A DNA stretch of 64,000 nt from Candidatus Latescibacterota bacterium (GCA_965217865.1 CBDCJO010000002.1:1568001-1632000); one strand, 5' to 3'. Positions 39,916-50,083 are shown, numbered from the stretch's first letter. Notes: generated by a model from the sequence alone, not told the origin. Translations and numbers: made by a program.

Positions 39916-40410
39916 GACCCAGCCAAGACTGTCGAAGTCCTCCTTTATATTACTCAGCATGACTGCAATAATATGTATAACGTGCTAAAGGTTCTTTTCT
40001 ATGCTGATAAGGACCACCTGGAGAAGCACGGCCGCCTCATTTGCGGTGACAGGTACGTTGCAATGAAGCACGGGCCTGTGCCGAGCGGTGCATATAATAT
40101 GGTCAAGTCAGTGCGTGATGATTCGCCATACGAGGCTAACCATAGAATTGCAGAGGTTCTGACTATGAGTGGGTATACCATAACTCCAAGCCGAGAACCA
40201 AATCTAAAGATTCTTTCTCAATCGGAGATTGAATCGCTTGATTTTGCTATCGACGAGTATGGTCATCTTTCTTTCAACAAACTCGAAACTCTCAGTCACC
40301 AGGAGGCCGCTTTTCAGAAGGCAGACGAGAATGATTTTATCTCGATGGAGGACCTGGTAAAAAGCCTTTCTGATGGGGAGCTCCTTTGGGACCACTTGGT
40401 TAACGACTGA
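39916..40410 (+). CDS. Panacea-domain (DUF4065/SocA-like) antitoxin, start codon removed by IS3
   Basis: DPAKTVEVLLYI..KVLFYADK, YVAMKHGPVPS and LSHQEAAF. Confidence 0.85.
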   Translation, partial: DPAKTVEVLLYITQHDCNNMYNVLKVLFYADKDHLEKHGRLICGDRYVAMKHGPVPSGAYNMVKSVRDDSPYEANHRIAEVLTMSGYTITPSREPNLKILSQSEIESLDFAIDEYGHLSFNKLETLSHQEAAFQKADENDFISMEDLVKSLSDGELLWDHLVND

Positions 40411-40413
40411 CAC

Positions 40414-40869
40414 ATGTCCAGCGTCGGGGACTCTTTCTCAGAAAAAGAAAGAAGGGATTTCGCCAAAAGGTCCCTTGTCCCAAAGAACATTCTCTACCTC
40501 TCCTGCCCTTTTACAACACCCGCCAAAGAAAAATTCACTATTGTGGCTGCTGCTGGTGAGCGGCCTTTGCTCATTTTAATAAATACGAGAATCAATCAAT
40601 TTATTCAGCGTCGCCCACACCTTCGCAGGTGTCAGGTTAAACTTCTGGCTTAAGATTATAATATCTTTCAGGTTGATTCCTTTGCACATTGTGCAGATAT
40701 AAAAGATGATTTTTCGGAGCAGGAAATCATTGACCAGATTATGGGTGACACATTACGGGTTAGAGGCAAGTTGTTACCCTCTACTGTCCAGCAAATTAGA
40801 GGTGTAATTCAGAACGCCACGACAATCTCCCCAGCTCACCTTAGTAGGATTCTCGAGGCTTTCACGTAG
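40414..40869 (+). pseudogene. Putative PemK/MazF-like toxin partner with an internal stop (TAA 40651-53)
   Basis: CPFTTPAKEKF..LINT..CQVKL*DYNIFQVDSFAHC..GKL..TTISP; frame continues to TAG 40867-69. Confidence 0.65.
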
Positions 40870-41054
40870 GTTAATAGCACCTAAAGCTAATCCCTCCGCT
40901 TTTCTTTTGCCTCCGTCACCCGCCGATTGACGATATTTGCAGTGGGTTGTCAAGCCTGGTCCATCGGCCTACTAAACCTTCGTTTCTTGGGTTTTAGTAG
41001 GCCGCTTTTTTGTGACCCCGAAAACGAAATATTAGCAATCTGTTAGCAAGGCAT

Positions 41055-41095
41055 AAAAACAGGGTTACGGCAACCCCACCGTAACCCTTTGTTTT
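41055..41095 (-). terminator. Hairpin downstream of tRNA-Leu (terminator or att arm)
   Basis: AGGGTTACGG..CCGTAACCCT stem with A/T flanks. Confidence 0.6.
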
Positions 41096-41098
41096 ATA

Positions 41099-41186
41099 TG
41101 GTGCCGAAGGGGGGATTCGAACCCCCACGGACGCAAGGTCCACTGCGCCCTGAACGCAGCGTGTATACCAGTTTCACCACTTCGGC
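41099..41186 (-). tRNA. tRNA-Leu(CAG)
   Basis: GCCGAAG acceptor stem, CTGCG-TTCAGGG-CGCAG anticodon arm, long variable arm, GTTCGAATC, CCA end. Confidence 0.97.
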
Positions 41187-41268
41187 AAATCAGGCTTATA
41201 TCTGACCCCCAAGTATGCGGATCGAGGGCGATAATATAGGGTTTTGACAACAGTCCGTCAAGCGAGAG

Positions 41269-41670
41269 TTACGGCGACAGGTCGAGCCGTGGTTTCAGTT
41301 TTCGGTCGAAGGTGTCCACCTTGCCGCATTCGACATCCTCTGCGAAACGCCGACAGGCGTCCATCTGTTCACAAAGCTCTTCTACGTCGACCCCCAGGTA
41401 GGGGGACGGGCATGCACTAAGCTTTTCGTGTGCCTTACGGAGTAGCGTCTTGAGGCCATGCATGTTGTCCCGGTCCATATGATGGCATGCCGCGGCAAGC
41501 TGAATGATGCCGTGGTAAAAACGTCTTCGAACCCTATCCCGCTCGTCTCGCCATGCATCTTCCAGAGCTTCGTGGGCATCCCAATGGCGACCTTCCCGGT
41601 AGAGGGCGATCGATTTCAACAAAGCGGACGGGAGATTTTTCATCCTCACGAAATGTTGGTCGTTGGTCAA
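41269..41670 (-). CDS. DUF309 domain protein
   Basis: YREGRHWDAHEALEDAW..FYHGIIQLAAA. Confidence 0.9.
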   Translation of the reverse strand: MTNDQHFVRMKNLPSALLKSIALYREGRHWDAHEALEDAWRDERDRVRRRFYHGIIQLAAACHHMDRDNMHGLKTLLRKAHEKLSACPSPYLGVDVEELCEQMDACRRFAEDVECGKVDTFDRKLKPRLDLSP

Positions 41671-41836
41671 ATCAACTCAGTCGGTCAAATATAACCAAAC
41701 CGCAAAGGAGGATCAAGCCGCTGAAAGCAACAGGGACGAATTTACGTTGCTCCTCCCGATGGTATTGAATATATTTGCGAACGATCGATGATTAACAAAC
41801 GTTGAAGAGAAGATCAAATCCGGCGGAGCGGTCGGC

Positions 41837-43129
41837 ATGGATCATACATTGGGAATCGGTCTCCTGGGGCTCGGAAATGTTGGAGGCGGCGTCGCACGTC
41901 TCCTCATTGAAGGGCGTGAAAGACTTAGGGATCGCCTGGGTATCCATCTGGAGATCGTCAAAGCTGGCGTGCGAGATACCTCAAAACCGCGGCGGATCGC
42001 CCTTCCCCAATCGGTTCTGACGACGGACATGGATTCGGTTGTAGACGATCCGGGCATACAGATCGTGGCAGAGCAGATCGGCGGGATCGAACCGGCCAGA
42101 ACACTTCTGCTTCGGGCAATTGAAAATGGGAAGGATATCGTGACCGCGAACAAGGCGCTTATCGCGGAATTCGGGGATGAACTGTTTCGCGCAGCTGAGG
42201 GGAACGGTGTGGACTTATTGTTCGAGGCCAGCGTATGCGGGGGCATCCCGATCGTGCGGTCTTTGACTCGGGGCCTGGCGGCCAATCGGATCGAATCTTT
42301 ATACGGCATTCTGAACGGGACGACGAATTATATTCTTACAAAGATGACAGAGGAGAACAGGGCTTTCGAGGAGGTCCTCAAGCAGGCCCAGGATCAAGGA
42401 TTTGCAGAGCCTGACCCGACATTCGATGTGGATGGGACGGATGCGGCTCAAAAATTGGCGATCCTGTCCCGAGTCGCCTTCGGATCGGCGGTCCGGGTGG
42501 AGCAGGTCTACAAAGAGGGGATTGACAGGATCGACGCCCAGGATATCGATTTCGCGAGAGAGCTGGGTTACACGGTGAAGTTGCTGGCAGTGGCAAAATT
42601 GAGTGAGGGCAAGCTGGAAGCAAGGGTGCATCCGACGATGATAGAGTCGTCGTCCCTCCTGGCCAACATTAGAAACGAGTTTAATGCGGTGGAGGTCGAG
42701 GGAGATGCTGTTGGGACCCAGGTTTTCTATGGGCGGGGGGCCGGGGAGATGCCAACTGCCAGCGCCTCGGTGTCGGATGTCATAGAATTGGCGGTCCGGC
42801 GTTGCGGAGGTGGCCGACGGATGGAGACGGTATGGCCGTTCGAGGATCGGTTTCCAATGGTGCCGATGGAAGAGATCGTTTCGAGTTATTATATGAGATT
42901 TCTTGTGGTTGATCAACCCGGTGTGCTGGCCGAGATCGCCCGAATTCTCGCGGTGGAAGAGATCAGCATCGAGTCTGTTATTCAACACGGACGATCCGCC
43001 GACACCGTACCCCTGATTATCATGACCCACCAGGCCCAGGAATCGGCGATGCGAGAGGCTGTCGCTGAGATCGATCGACTATCCCTCGTAAAAGAGCCTA
43101 CCCACGTTATCAGGGTTGAGAGACCGTGA
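41837..43129 (+). CDS. hom: Homoserine dehydrogenase (with ACT domain)
   Basis: GLGNVG, VTANKA, EASVCGGIP, GILNGTTNY and EPDPTFDVDG motifs. Confidence 0.97.
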   Translation: MDHTLGIGLLGLGNVGGGVARLLIEGRERLRDRLGIHLEIVKAGVRDTSKPRRIALPQSVLTTDMDSVVDDPGIQIVAEQIGGIEPARTLLLRAIENGKDIVTANKALIAEFGDELFRAAEGNGVDLLFEASVCGGIPIVRSLTRGLAANRIESLYGILNGTTNYILTKMTEENRAFEEVLKQAQDQGFAEPDPTFDVDGTDAAQKLAILSRVAFGSAVRVEQVYKEGIDRIDAQDIDFARELGYTVKLLAVAKLSEGKLEARVHPTMIESSSLLANIRNEFNAVEVEGDAVGTQVFYGRGAGEMPTASASVSDVIELAVRRCGGGRRMETVWPFEDRFPMVPMEEIVSSYYMRFLVVDQPGVLAEIARILAVEEISIESVIQHGRSADTVPLIIMTHQAQESAMREAVAEIDRLSLVKEPTHVIRVERP

Positions 43130-43443
43130 AGGAGGGGACGATGTGTGAGGAGAATATCTACCGGTTCGATGAGGGTGGGAAGGATCCCATACGAGCGATC
43201 CTGGCGGACGCCATGGAGCGGGCCGTGGGTGCGCGAAGCGAAAGGTTTCTTTTCGATGCGGCCGCTCCGGTCCTGGTCGCCAAGGCTCGAGCCAGAGACA
43301 TCCCGCAGGCCGAAGCCATGCTCACAGAGGAGGTGGGAGATGACCTGCTGGAGGCCTTCGACCTGCTCGGCGTGGATCACGACCGTGCATATGAGATGTT
43401 TCAGGCCATTTTGCGTCGTGTTCACGTCTTCCTGAACGTCTAA
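43126..43443 (+). CDS. Hypothetical protein
   Basis: Overlaps the hom stop (GTGA); helical 105 aa. Confidence 0.65.
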   Translation: MKEGTMCEENIYRFDEGGKDPIRAILADAMERAVGARSERFLFDAAAPVLVAKARARDIPQAEAMLTEEVGDDLLEAFDLLGVDHDRAYEMFQAILRRVHVFLNV

Positions 43444-43595
43444 CCCCTTCGTTGTGCAGGACACCCTACCTAATCCTCGCTGAAATAATCTCCTTTTTTC
43501 AGGATAACCCCCAAACTCAGTCCGACGTTGTAATATGCAGTTCTATATCACATCATAAAACAGGTATAAATTTATGATTTTTAAGGATTTCCCTC

Positions 43596-43622
43596 TAAAC
43601 ATCGGGTATAGTCTGCCGATGT
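43596..43622 (+). promoter_or_regulatory. Sigma28 (FliA)-type promoter
   Basis: TAAA-N15-GCCGATGT. Confidence 0.7.
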
Positions 43623-43737
43623 ATTAAAACGGAACCCGAGTCGTTTTTCCCGAAAATCGAATTTCAAACAGGAAACAATGTGTCCAGATTTCGCCATCCC
43701 ATTTCTTCCCTCCCATCCCTTCAGCGTGGACAATTGA

Positions 43738-44160
43738 ATGAACAGGAAGAGCCAAAAACCTGCTTCGGAGCTACAGAGGGCCGATAAACAGGAGACCAGA
43801 GAGGAACGTCTGGACAGGATTAGAGCTCGTGTAAAAATCGGGTTCTACACCCGGGCGGACGTCATGAGAGACGTTGCTGACGCTTTGCTTTACGATCCTT
43901 CTGCGTTCGAAAATCTGCCTTACGCGAGGTTTCAAATCGAGGCATCCTCGCCCTCGAGAAGGTCATCCTATCCCCTGGATAGGATGGCTTTTTTTTGTTC
44001 TCTTGACAACCCTCTACAGGGGATTTATCATGAAAATGCAAAATGCAAAAATGGAAAGTGCAAAAGTTCAGAGGTCGGAGGTCAGGGTCGGAGGAAATTG
44101 AAAATTGAATCTGAAGATCGAGGATTGGAGCGAGGCTCTAAGGACATAAGAAAGTCCTGA
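43738..44160 (+). CDS. FlgM-like small protein; probably ~61 aa with a read-through tail
   Basis: REERLDRIRARVKIGFY...VADALL resembles the FlgM C-terminal helices; the rest of the ORF crosses a terminator and repeats. Confidence 0.5.
   Translation: MNRKSQKPASELQRADKQETREERLDRIRARVKIGFYTRADVMRDVADALLYDPSAFENLPYARFQIEASSPSRRSSYPLDRMAFFCSLDNPLQGIYHENAKCKNGKCKSSEVGGQGRRKLKIESEDRGLERGSKDIRKS
43961..43996 (+). terminator. Rho-independent terminator
   Basis: GGTCATCCTATCC-CCT-GGATAGGATGGCT followed by T8. Confidence 0.8.
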
Positions 44161-44298
44161 TTTTTTAATATTCAATTCTCCGATATTCAATATTCAATGA
44201 ATAGTGGTAGGAAAAACCAAGGCAGGGGCCGGAGGTCAGAGGTCGGGGCCTTGGACGTACGAAACAGTCCACGAGTCAAGTCGGCTTTTGGAGGTTCT

Positions 44299-45690
44299 AT
44301 GGCTAAGCGAAACGAAACCGACAGCATGGGGATGATCGAGGTGCCCGCGGACAGATATTATGGTGCCCAGACAGCGCGTTCTCGGATCCACTTTGAAATC
44401 GGTGATGAGCGGATGCCGAGGGAGTTGATCCGAGCGATGGGCATTCTGAAGAAGGCCGCTGCGCTGGTCAACGCGGAACTGGGTAGCCTCTCGGGGGATA
44501 AGGCGGACCTAATCGTCAAGGCGTCCGATGAGGTGATCGATGGAAAACTGGATGATCACTTTCCGCTCAGGGTCTGGCAGACGGGCAGTGGTACGCAGAC
44601 GAACATGAATGTTAATGAGGTGATCTCGAATCGGGCGATCGAAATGGCGGGAGGAAAGATGGGAAGCAAAACCCCGATCCATCCCAACGATCACGTCAAC
44701 TTGGCGCAATCCTCAAACGACACTTTCCCCACGGCCATGCATATCGCGGCTGCCGGCGAGATCCGAAGCCGGCTGATCCCACGTTTGACTGAACTTCGAG
44801 ACACGTTCATCGTCAAGATAGAGGATTTCAAGGATATCATAAAAATAGGACGGACGCACCTGATGGATGCGACCCCGCTCACGCTAGGCCAGGAGTTCTC
44901 GGGTTATGCAGCGCAGTTGACAAAGGGAGTGGATCGGTTAGAGGGGTGCCTCCCCAGGCTCTACGAATTGGCCCTCGGAGGCACGGCAGTGGGGACCGGG
45001 CTCAACACCCATCCTGAATTCGCTGAACTTTCAGCGGCCAAGATCGCAGAACTGACAGACCTTCCTTTCGTCTCTGCAGAGAACAAATTCGAGTCCCTGG
45101 CCGCTCATGATGCCGTGGTAGAGGCCAGTGGGATGTTGAAGACAGTCTCCTGTTCCCTGATGAAGATCGCCAATGATATCCGTTGGATGGCATCGGGCCC
45201 GCGTTGCGGGATCGGGGAGATCCTGATACCGGAGAACGAACCGGGGAGTTCAATTATGCCGGGGAAAGTTAATCCAACTCAATGCGAGGCGATGACGATG
45301 GTGGTCGCCCAAGTCATCGGAAACGACACAACCATCGCCACGTGCGGCGCATTGGGAAATTTTGAGCTCAATGTATTCAAGCCCGTGATGATTTACAACC
45401 TGCTCCAGTCGATCCGGCTCCTTTCCGATACGTGCCGATCGTTTAACCTCTATTGCGCGAAGGGCATCGAGCCCAACCGGGCCAACATCGAGAGACTTTT
45501 GAGAGGGTCCTTAATGCTCGTCACCGCACTGAATCCGCACATCGGATACGACAATGCAGCAAAAGTCGCAAGGAAGGCTCATCTGGAAAATCTTACGTTG
45601 CGAGAGGCAGCCGTGGGCTTGGGCTTTTTGACGGGTGAGGCGTTCGACCGGATCGTACGCCCGGAGGAAATGATCGGCCCCGGATCTTAG
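44299..45690 (+). CDS. fumC: Class II fumarate hydratase
   Basis: [24 protein letters not shown] and [11 protein letters not shown] motifs. Confidence 0.98.
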   Translation: MAKRNETDSMGMIEVPADRYYGAQTARSRIHFEIGDERMPRELIRAMGILKKAAALVNAELGSLSGDKADLIVKASDEVIDGKLDDHFPLRVWQTGSGTQTNMNVNEVISNRAIEMAGGKMGSKTPIHPNDHVNLAQSSNDTFPTAMHIAAAGEIRSRLIPRLTELRDTFIVKIEDFKDIIKIGRTHLMDATPLTLGQEFSGYAAQLTKGVDRLEGCLPRLYELALGGTAVGTGLNTHPEFAELSAAKIAELTDLPFVSAENKFESLAAHDAVVEASGMLKTVSCSLMKIANDIRWMASGPRCGIGEILIPENEPGSSIMPGKVNPTQCEAMTMVVAQVIGNDTTIATCGALGNFELNVFKPVMIYNLLQSIRLLSDTCRSFNLYCAKGIEPNRANIERLLRGSLMLVTALNPHIGYDNAAKVARKAHLENLTLREAAVGLGFLTGEAFDRIVRPEEMIGPGS

Positions 45691-45834
45691 GGGGGCCAGG
45701 CTTGAAATTCTGGGCGATTTTGAATGCAGGCGTTTGGAAGGGGTTCAACAGGTGTCACCTTCGGGGGATTTTAGAGGAACGGATGTTGAAAAGCGAATGT
45801 GGAAGGATGCTTGCGTGAGGGAGTTGAATAGGAA

Positions 45835-46926
45835 TTAAGAACCTTTTTCATCGGCCATCTGTGCATAGCGGGCATATTCGAGTTTCAAGTCCTGTCGATT
45901 ATCGTCGAATTTTAAAGTGACAAACTCGGTCACGTCGGGATAATTGTTCTTGAGGATCCGAAAGGTGAGGATCAGAAGCTCCTCTTTCCTGTCGGGAGCG
46001 TGTGCATCCCAGGCCTTGGAGATCACACCGATCTCGATCTCCGACAGCTCCACCTTCTTGGTCATCCTTAAAAGGTCCGAATCCTCCAGATACCGTTTCC
46101 CGTCCAGCTTGAGTCGAACCTTTGAGAAGGTTTTCGGGTCGATCCCCAGAATCTCCTTGCGCAACATCCTCATTTTAGTCAGCGCAGGCGAAGAAACCCG
46201 CCGTTTTCTCGGCTTTTCTTCAATCCGCATGGACACGGGCAGCTTTAATGCTTCCTCTTCTAGCTCTTGCATTTTTTTCGGCTGCCAGCCATTCCTCCAG
46301 GGGTCGTCTTCAGAGATGAAGCCGTTGATAGGAAGCTTACCCTTCTGCAGGGTGATGAATTGTCCCTGCCCAACGTTGAAAACCGACACCCTTTTTCTTC
46401 CCCGATATTCCGTTTCAGTTTTAACTTCAACGATTCCCTCGTAGGCGAATACGGTTACAAGGGTATCACCCTCCGCCCTCATCCGCATGGTTGTCCCCCG
46501 AGCGATGGCCTTGGCCATCGATGACTCGAAGGCAAACATTTCGCTCTCTTTTAACCGTTTTACCCGCGCCCAGAGATTTCCGTCCTTCAGGTGGGTGTTT
46601 ACGTTCTTTCGGTCCGCCGCTTCAGAATATTGGAGGGTCAGGGTGGTGTTCTCGCCGACCCGGATGATCGATTTTGGACCCCTAAGCTGCACCTCGGCTC
46701 GAGAATCCGGCCCCGCGCGGACCATATCACCGGACACGATTTTGAAGCCCACTCTTGCCTGATGCCAATCGGTTCCGTGGGCGCCCTTAAAATCCAGGGT
46801 TCCAACGATGTAGGATACGACGGCGGTTTGCCGAAGCTCCTTCTTCTCTTCCTCCCCACAGCTCAGGAAAAGCGCTCCTCCCACCAGGGCGAAGAGACAG
46901 GAATGGATAAAGATTTTCCTGCTCAT
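45835..46926 (-). CDS. FecR-domain lipoprotein
   Basis: FLS-C lipobox; GD.VRAGPDSRAEV..IRVGENT..GNLWA..ARGT FecR motif. Confidence 0.8.
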   Translation of the reverse strand: MSRKIFIHSCLFALVGGALFLSCGEEEKKELRQTAVVSYIVGTLDFKGAHGTDWHQARVGFKIVSGDMVRAGPDSRAEVQLRGPKSIIRVGENTTLTLQYSEAADRKNVNTHLKDGNLWARVKRLKESEMFAFESSMAKAIARGTTMRMRAEGDTLVTVFAYEGIVEVKTETEYRGRKRVSVFNVGQGQFITLQKGKLPINGFISEDDPWRNGWQPKKMQELEEEALKLPVSMRIEEKPRKRRVSSPALTKMRMLRKEILGIDPKTFSKVRLKLDGKRYLEDSDLLRMTKKVELSEIEIGVISKAWDAHAPDRKEELLILTFRILKNNYPDVTEFVTLKFDDNRQDLKLEYARYAQMADEKGS

Positions 46927-46951
46927 ATGCATCGATAGGTGTATTGGGCCG

Positions 46952-48424
46952 TCACGGTCGGTCCCTTCGGAAGAACTGTAGGTTGAAGGGCGTCTTGGGC
47001 ATATCTGCGATGAAAGCGGTTGTCTCTCTTTCGTAAGTTTTAAAGGGGTCTCGAAGGTTGAGGAGTTTTTCGTTTTCGAGATAGATGGAATCCCAATCGA
47101 TGATGTAGCGGACCTGATTTTCGGTCAGGGCTCGTACCACCGCAGCACGGGCGCGAGCGCGGGTGTCCTGCGGAGGATTTTTCTCAGCCTGGACAATCTG
47201 CTTGTCAGTCACCACACGTCTCATGGCCCCCCTTCTCTCCAGGTCGTAATAAAGTCCCCGATCGATGTCGATGTTGTGGTACTCCAGATCGAGACTCTGC
47301 AGCCAGGGGTCGTCCCACGAAAGGCCCTCCGCCTCCATAAAGGTCTCCAAAAGGTATTTCTTGGCCACCCAGTCGACCCGATCGGTGAGGGACATGGGAT
47401 CTCGATCCAGGTCGTCGAGGACCGTTTCCCATTCCTCGAGGATCCATTCGCCGTCCTCGTCCAGGTCGTCGAGGTGTCGCCGGGCAAGCTCCAGGTATCG
47501 ACGCTGGATATCGATGGCTGAGATGGTGCCCCCGCTGTGCCGTTCAACAAGCCAGGAGAACCCTTGGTCGTGGGATATCTTTTTAAGGGCCCAAACCGTG
47601 TCTTTTATGAGGACATCCTTGGGAAAGATTTTTTTCTCAATCAGGTTCAACACGAGGGATGTTGTACCGACCTTCAAGGCCGTCGCGTACTCCGACATGT
47701 TGGAGTCCCCCACGAGGAGGTGGAGCCGACGGTATTTGCTGTGATCGGCAAGAGGCTCGTCACGGGTATTGATAATCGCCCTGGAGAATTGGATCCATTG
47801 ATAGGTCTCCGTGACGATGTGGTCGGCCCTCTGCGAGATCTGAAAACAGATCGGATCCTGACGTTCCCGTTCATTTTGGTCATCGCGGCTATAGTAGAAA
47901 AAACTATCGTCATAACTTCCTACCCGACCGGCCCCGGAGAAGATCTGTCGGGTGGCCAGGAACGGAAGGAGCGCAGGGATCACGAGGGTTGAGAAAGGAA
48001 CGTTTCGACGGATCAGATAGTTCTCGTGACAACCGAAGGTCGCTCCGGTGAAGTGGTCGATATTGTTCTTGAAAAACGTTGCCTCCCCGTTGAGGCCGAG
48101 TTGCCGGAGAGCGGTCTGAAAGGTTCTCTCGCCGGCCTTGTCGAAGGCGACCATATCGCAAAGCCCCGAACATTCCGGGGTCGTGAATTCAATATGCCCC
48201 ATATCGATATAAACCCTGCCCGCATTGAACAGGAATCCACCGTTTCCCGGAGGCTCGTCCCGGCCCCTGTAATGGATGTCCAGGATGCCACACCGGGCCT
48301 TGTTTTCGGGGTGGAAGATATGGTTCTTCACCTTCATCGAAATGGAGTCGGGACTGATGAAACCGTCTCGGTCGGGAGCCAGGCACCCGTATTCGGTCTC
48401 AAGGCCAAAGATGCGATTTCTCAT
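46952..48424 (-). CDS. pafA: Pup/UBact-protein ligase (PafA family)
   Basis: RIFGLETEYG, FNAGRVYIDMGHIEF, GCHENY, RDEPLAD..YRRLH, DLEYH and TRARAR motifs. Confidence 0.93.
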   Translation of the reverse strand: MRNRIFGLETEYGCLAPDRDGFISPDSISMKVKNHIFHPENKARCGILDIHYRGRDEPPGNGGFLFNAGRVYIDMGHIEFTTPECSGLCDMVAFDKAGERTFQTALRQLGLNGEATFFKNNIDHFTGATFGCHENYLIRRNVPFSTLVIPALLPFLATRQIFSGAGRVGSYDDSFFYYSRDDQNERERQDPICFQISQRADHIVTETYQWIQFSRAIINTRDEPLADHSKYRRLHLLVGDSNMSEYATALKVGTTSLVLNLIEKKIFPKDVLIKDTVWALKKISHDQGFSWLVERHSGGTISAIDIQRRYLELARRHLDDLDEDGEWILEEWETVLDDLDRDPMSLTDRVDWVAKKYLLETFMEAEGLSWDDPWLQSLDLEYHNIDIDRGLYYDLERRGAMRRVVTDKQIVQAEKNPPQDTRARARAAVVRALTENQVRYIIDWDSIYLENEKLLNLRDPFKTYERETTAFIADMPKTPFNLQFFRRDRP

Positions 48425-48451
48425 AAGCCTCTACAAAATGGTGAATCCGGT

Positions 48452-49231
48452 CTAAAGGTATTTCGACAACCCAGACCGGATCTCTTCCGAGCTCAACAGA
48501 CGAAATTTGTTTTTGCTCTTGCTGGAGCGAGTCAGAATCGCGACCTCCGGGTCACGGGCTCGGGTTTCATTCCGGATAATCTCCTGGACTTCCCCTTCGT
48601 CGATTTGGGGGGATTCGGGAATCTCTCGACCCTCTTCCTCCAATAACGCCCATTTACGGCCCACCGCCCACGTTCTCAGTGCCACGTCCATGACCTCAGC
48701 CAATCCGTTTTTATCTAATTCGGAGGATTCGAGATAAGCCCGCATCGCGGCCGCTGCATTCTCCGTGCCCGCGATGATCCCTGAACCATCCAGGTTTTCA
48801 AATGTTCCATCACAATCGATCGTGAAGAAGCGGCAAGCTTCGGAACCCCCGATCTCGGCCATCAGGAGCCTTATGATGTAGGGCGCGCGGAAAATTTCAT
48901 CAAAGGCGTTCTTAATGAGAGGCGCAATTCCAAAATTGACGAGGCGCCGTAGCGAGACGTCGGCCACGGAGTTCGTGAAACCTTCGACGTGGGCAATGTC
49001 GATCGTGGCGATCCGGAGCCTTTCGATATCCGCTGGGTGGCCCATGGCCGCGAACGCAACCCGGTCGTATACTTCGAACAGCTTGCGCTGCCCACGACCA
49101 AAGGTGAGGAGCAGCGCGCCGTCGTCGTAGGGGATTCCAACCGCAGGACTCCCGTTGCGGAGTTGATCTTCGAGATATTCCCGTCGATTTGCGACGGTCT
49201 CGACCCATCTGTAGGGTTCCTCAAGCATCAT
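48452..49231 (-). CDS. prcA: 20S proteasome alpha subunit
   Basis: REYLEDQLRNGSPAV and KLFEVYDRVAFAAMG; operon context. Confidence 0.92.
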   Translation of the reverse strand: MMLEEPYRWVETVANRREYLEDQLRNGSPAVGIPYDDGALLLTFGRGQRKLFEVYDRVAFAAMGHPADIERLRIATIDIAHVEGFTNSVADVSLRRLVNFGIAPLIKNAFDEIFRAPYIIRLLMAEIGGSEACRFFTIDCDGTFENLDGSGIIAGTENAAAAMRAYLESSELDKNGLAEVMDVALRTWAVGRKWALLEEEGREIPESPQIDEGEVQEIIRNETRARDPEVAILTRSSKSKNKFRLLSSEEIRSGLSKYL

Positions 49232-49275
49232 GAAATTGAAGGTCCTAAAATTTGAGGACTCAACGAAATGCCCTC

Positions 49276-50079
49276 CTACTGCGTTTTTCCTTCCACCTGT
49301 TCGTTGAAGATCCGTCCGATCTCATCTGTCGGTATATCTCGAATGCCCTCCCGGCTGATCGTTTTTACAGTGGGAAATATGGCAGCCCGCAGATCGATCC
49401 CCCCCGTGGCGGTGTCGTACTCCGCGGCCGTTTCCAGGAGACGAAGGACCAGGCCGATGGCCTCATTCAGGTCCATCGCGGCCAGTGGCTTATCGCTCCA
49501 ACGGTTCAAGTAATAGAGGCCTCCTCTGATGGCCGGGGATCCGGAGCCCGTCGTCGCAAATTCCGCGCATTCGAACTGGGCCCCGAGGGCATCGTAGAAG
49601 TAAATCTTCCCCCTGCCTTCTTCCCCATCGCTTATGTCGTATATGGCGAATATCGGGATGACTGCGCCGATTCCTTGCATGGCCAATGGCAGATTCTCCC
49701 GAACAAGCCGGGAAAGACGCCGGAGCTTACCCTCCAGACTGAGCTCCTGAAGCTGGCTTCTCCTGTAGTACTGGAAGGTGTGCTCCAGCACGCGTGCGAT
49801 TTCGTATGCGATTGCGGGTGATCCTGAGATTGCCAGGACAGAGTGGTCGTCGATTGTGAGGACTTTGTCCGCCCGGTCGTGAATGACAGCGGTTCCGGCG
49901 GTCGCCCGACGGTCTCCGGCGATCACGACCCCTTCGTCGAAACAGACAGCCAGGATGGTTGTCCCCTCAGTGGGCCGAAAGTCCTCCGACAGTGATCCTC
50001 CCGCGGGGGGGCCGACCTCCGAGCCGAGGGGATATCCATTCTGTTTGAGCAGGCTAAAAAAGTCCCCGCTGGAAGCCAT
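49276..50079 (-). CDS. prcB: 20S proteasome beta subunit
   Basis: Propeptide then G|TTILA (N-terminal Thr nucleophile), AGDRRAT, GSGS and DTATGG. Confidence 0.95.
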   Translation of the reverse strand: MASSGDFFSLLKQNGYPLGSEVGPPAGGSLSEDFRPTEGTTILAVCFDEGVVIAGDRRATAGTAVIHDRADKVLTIDDHSVLAISGSPAIAYEIARVLEHTFQYYRRSQLQELSLEGKLRRLSRLVRENLPLAMQGIGAVIPIFAIYDISDGEEGRGKIYFYDALGAQFECAEFATTGSGSPAIRGGLYYLNRWSDKPLAAMDLNEAIGLVLRLLETAAEYDTATGGIDLRAAIFPTVKTISREGIRDIPTDEIGRIFNEQVEGKTQ

Positions 50080-50083
50080 GGCG

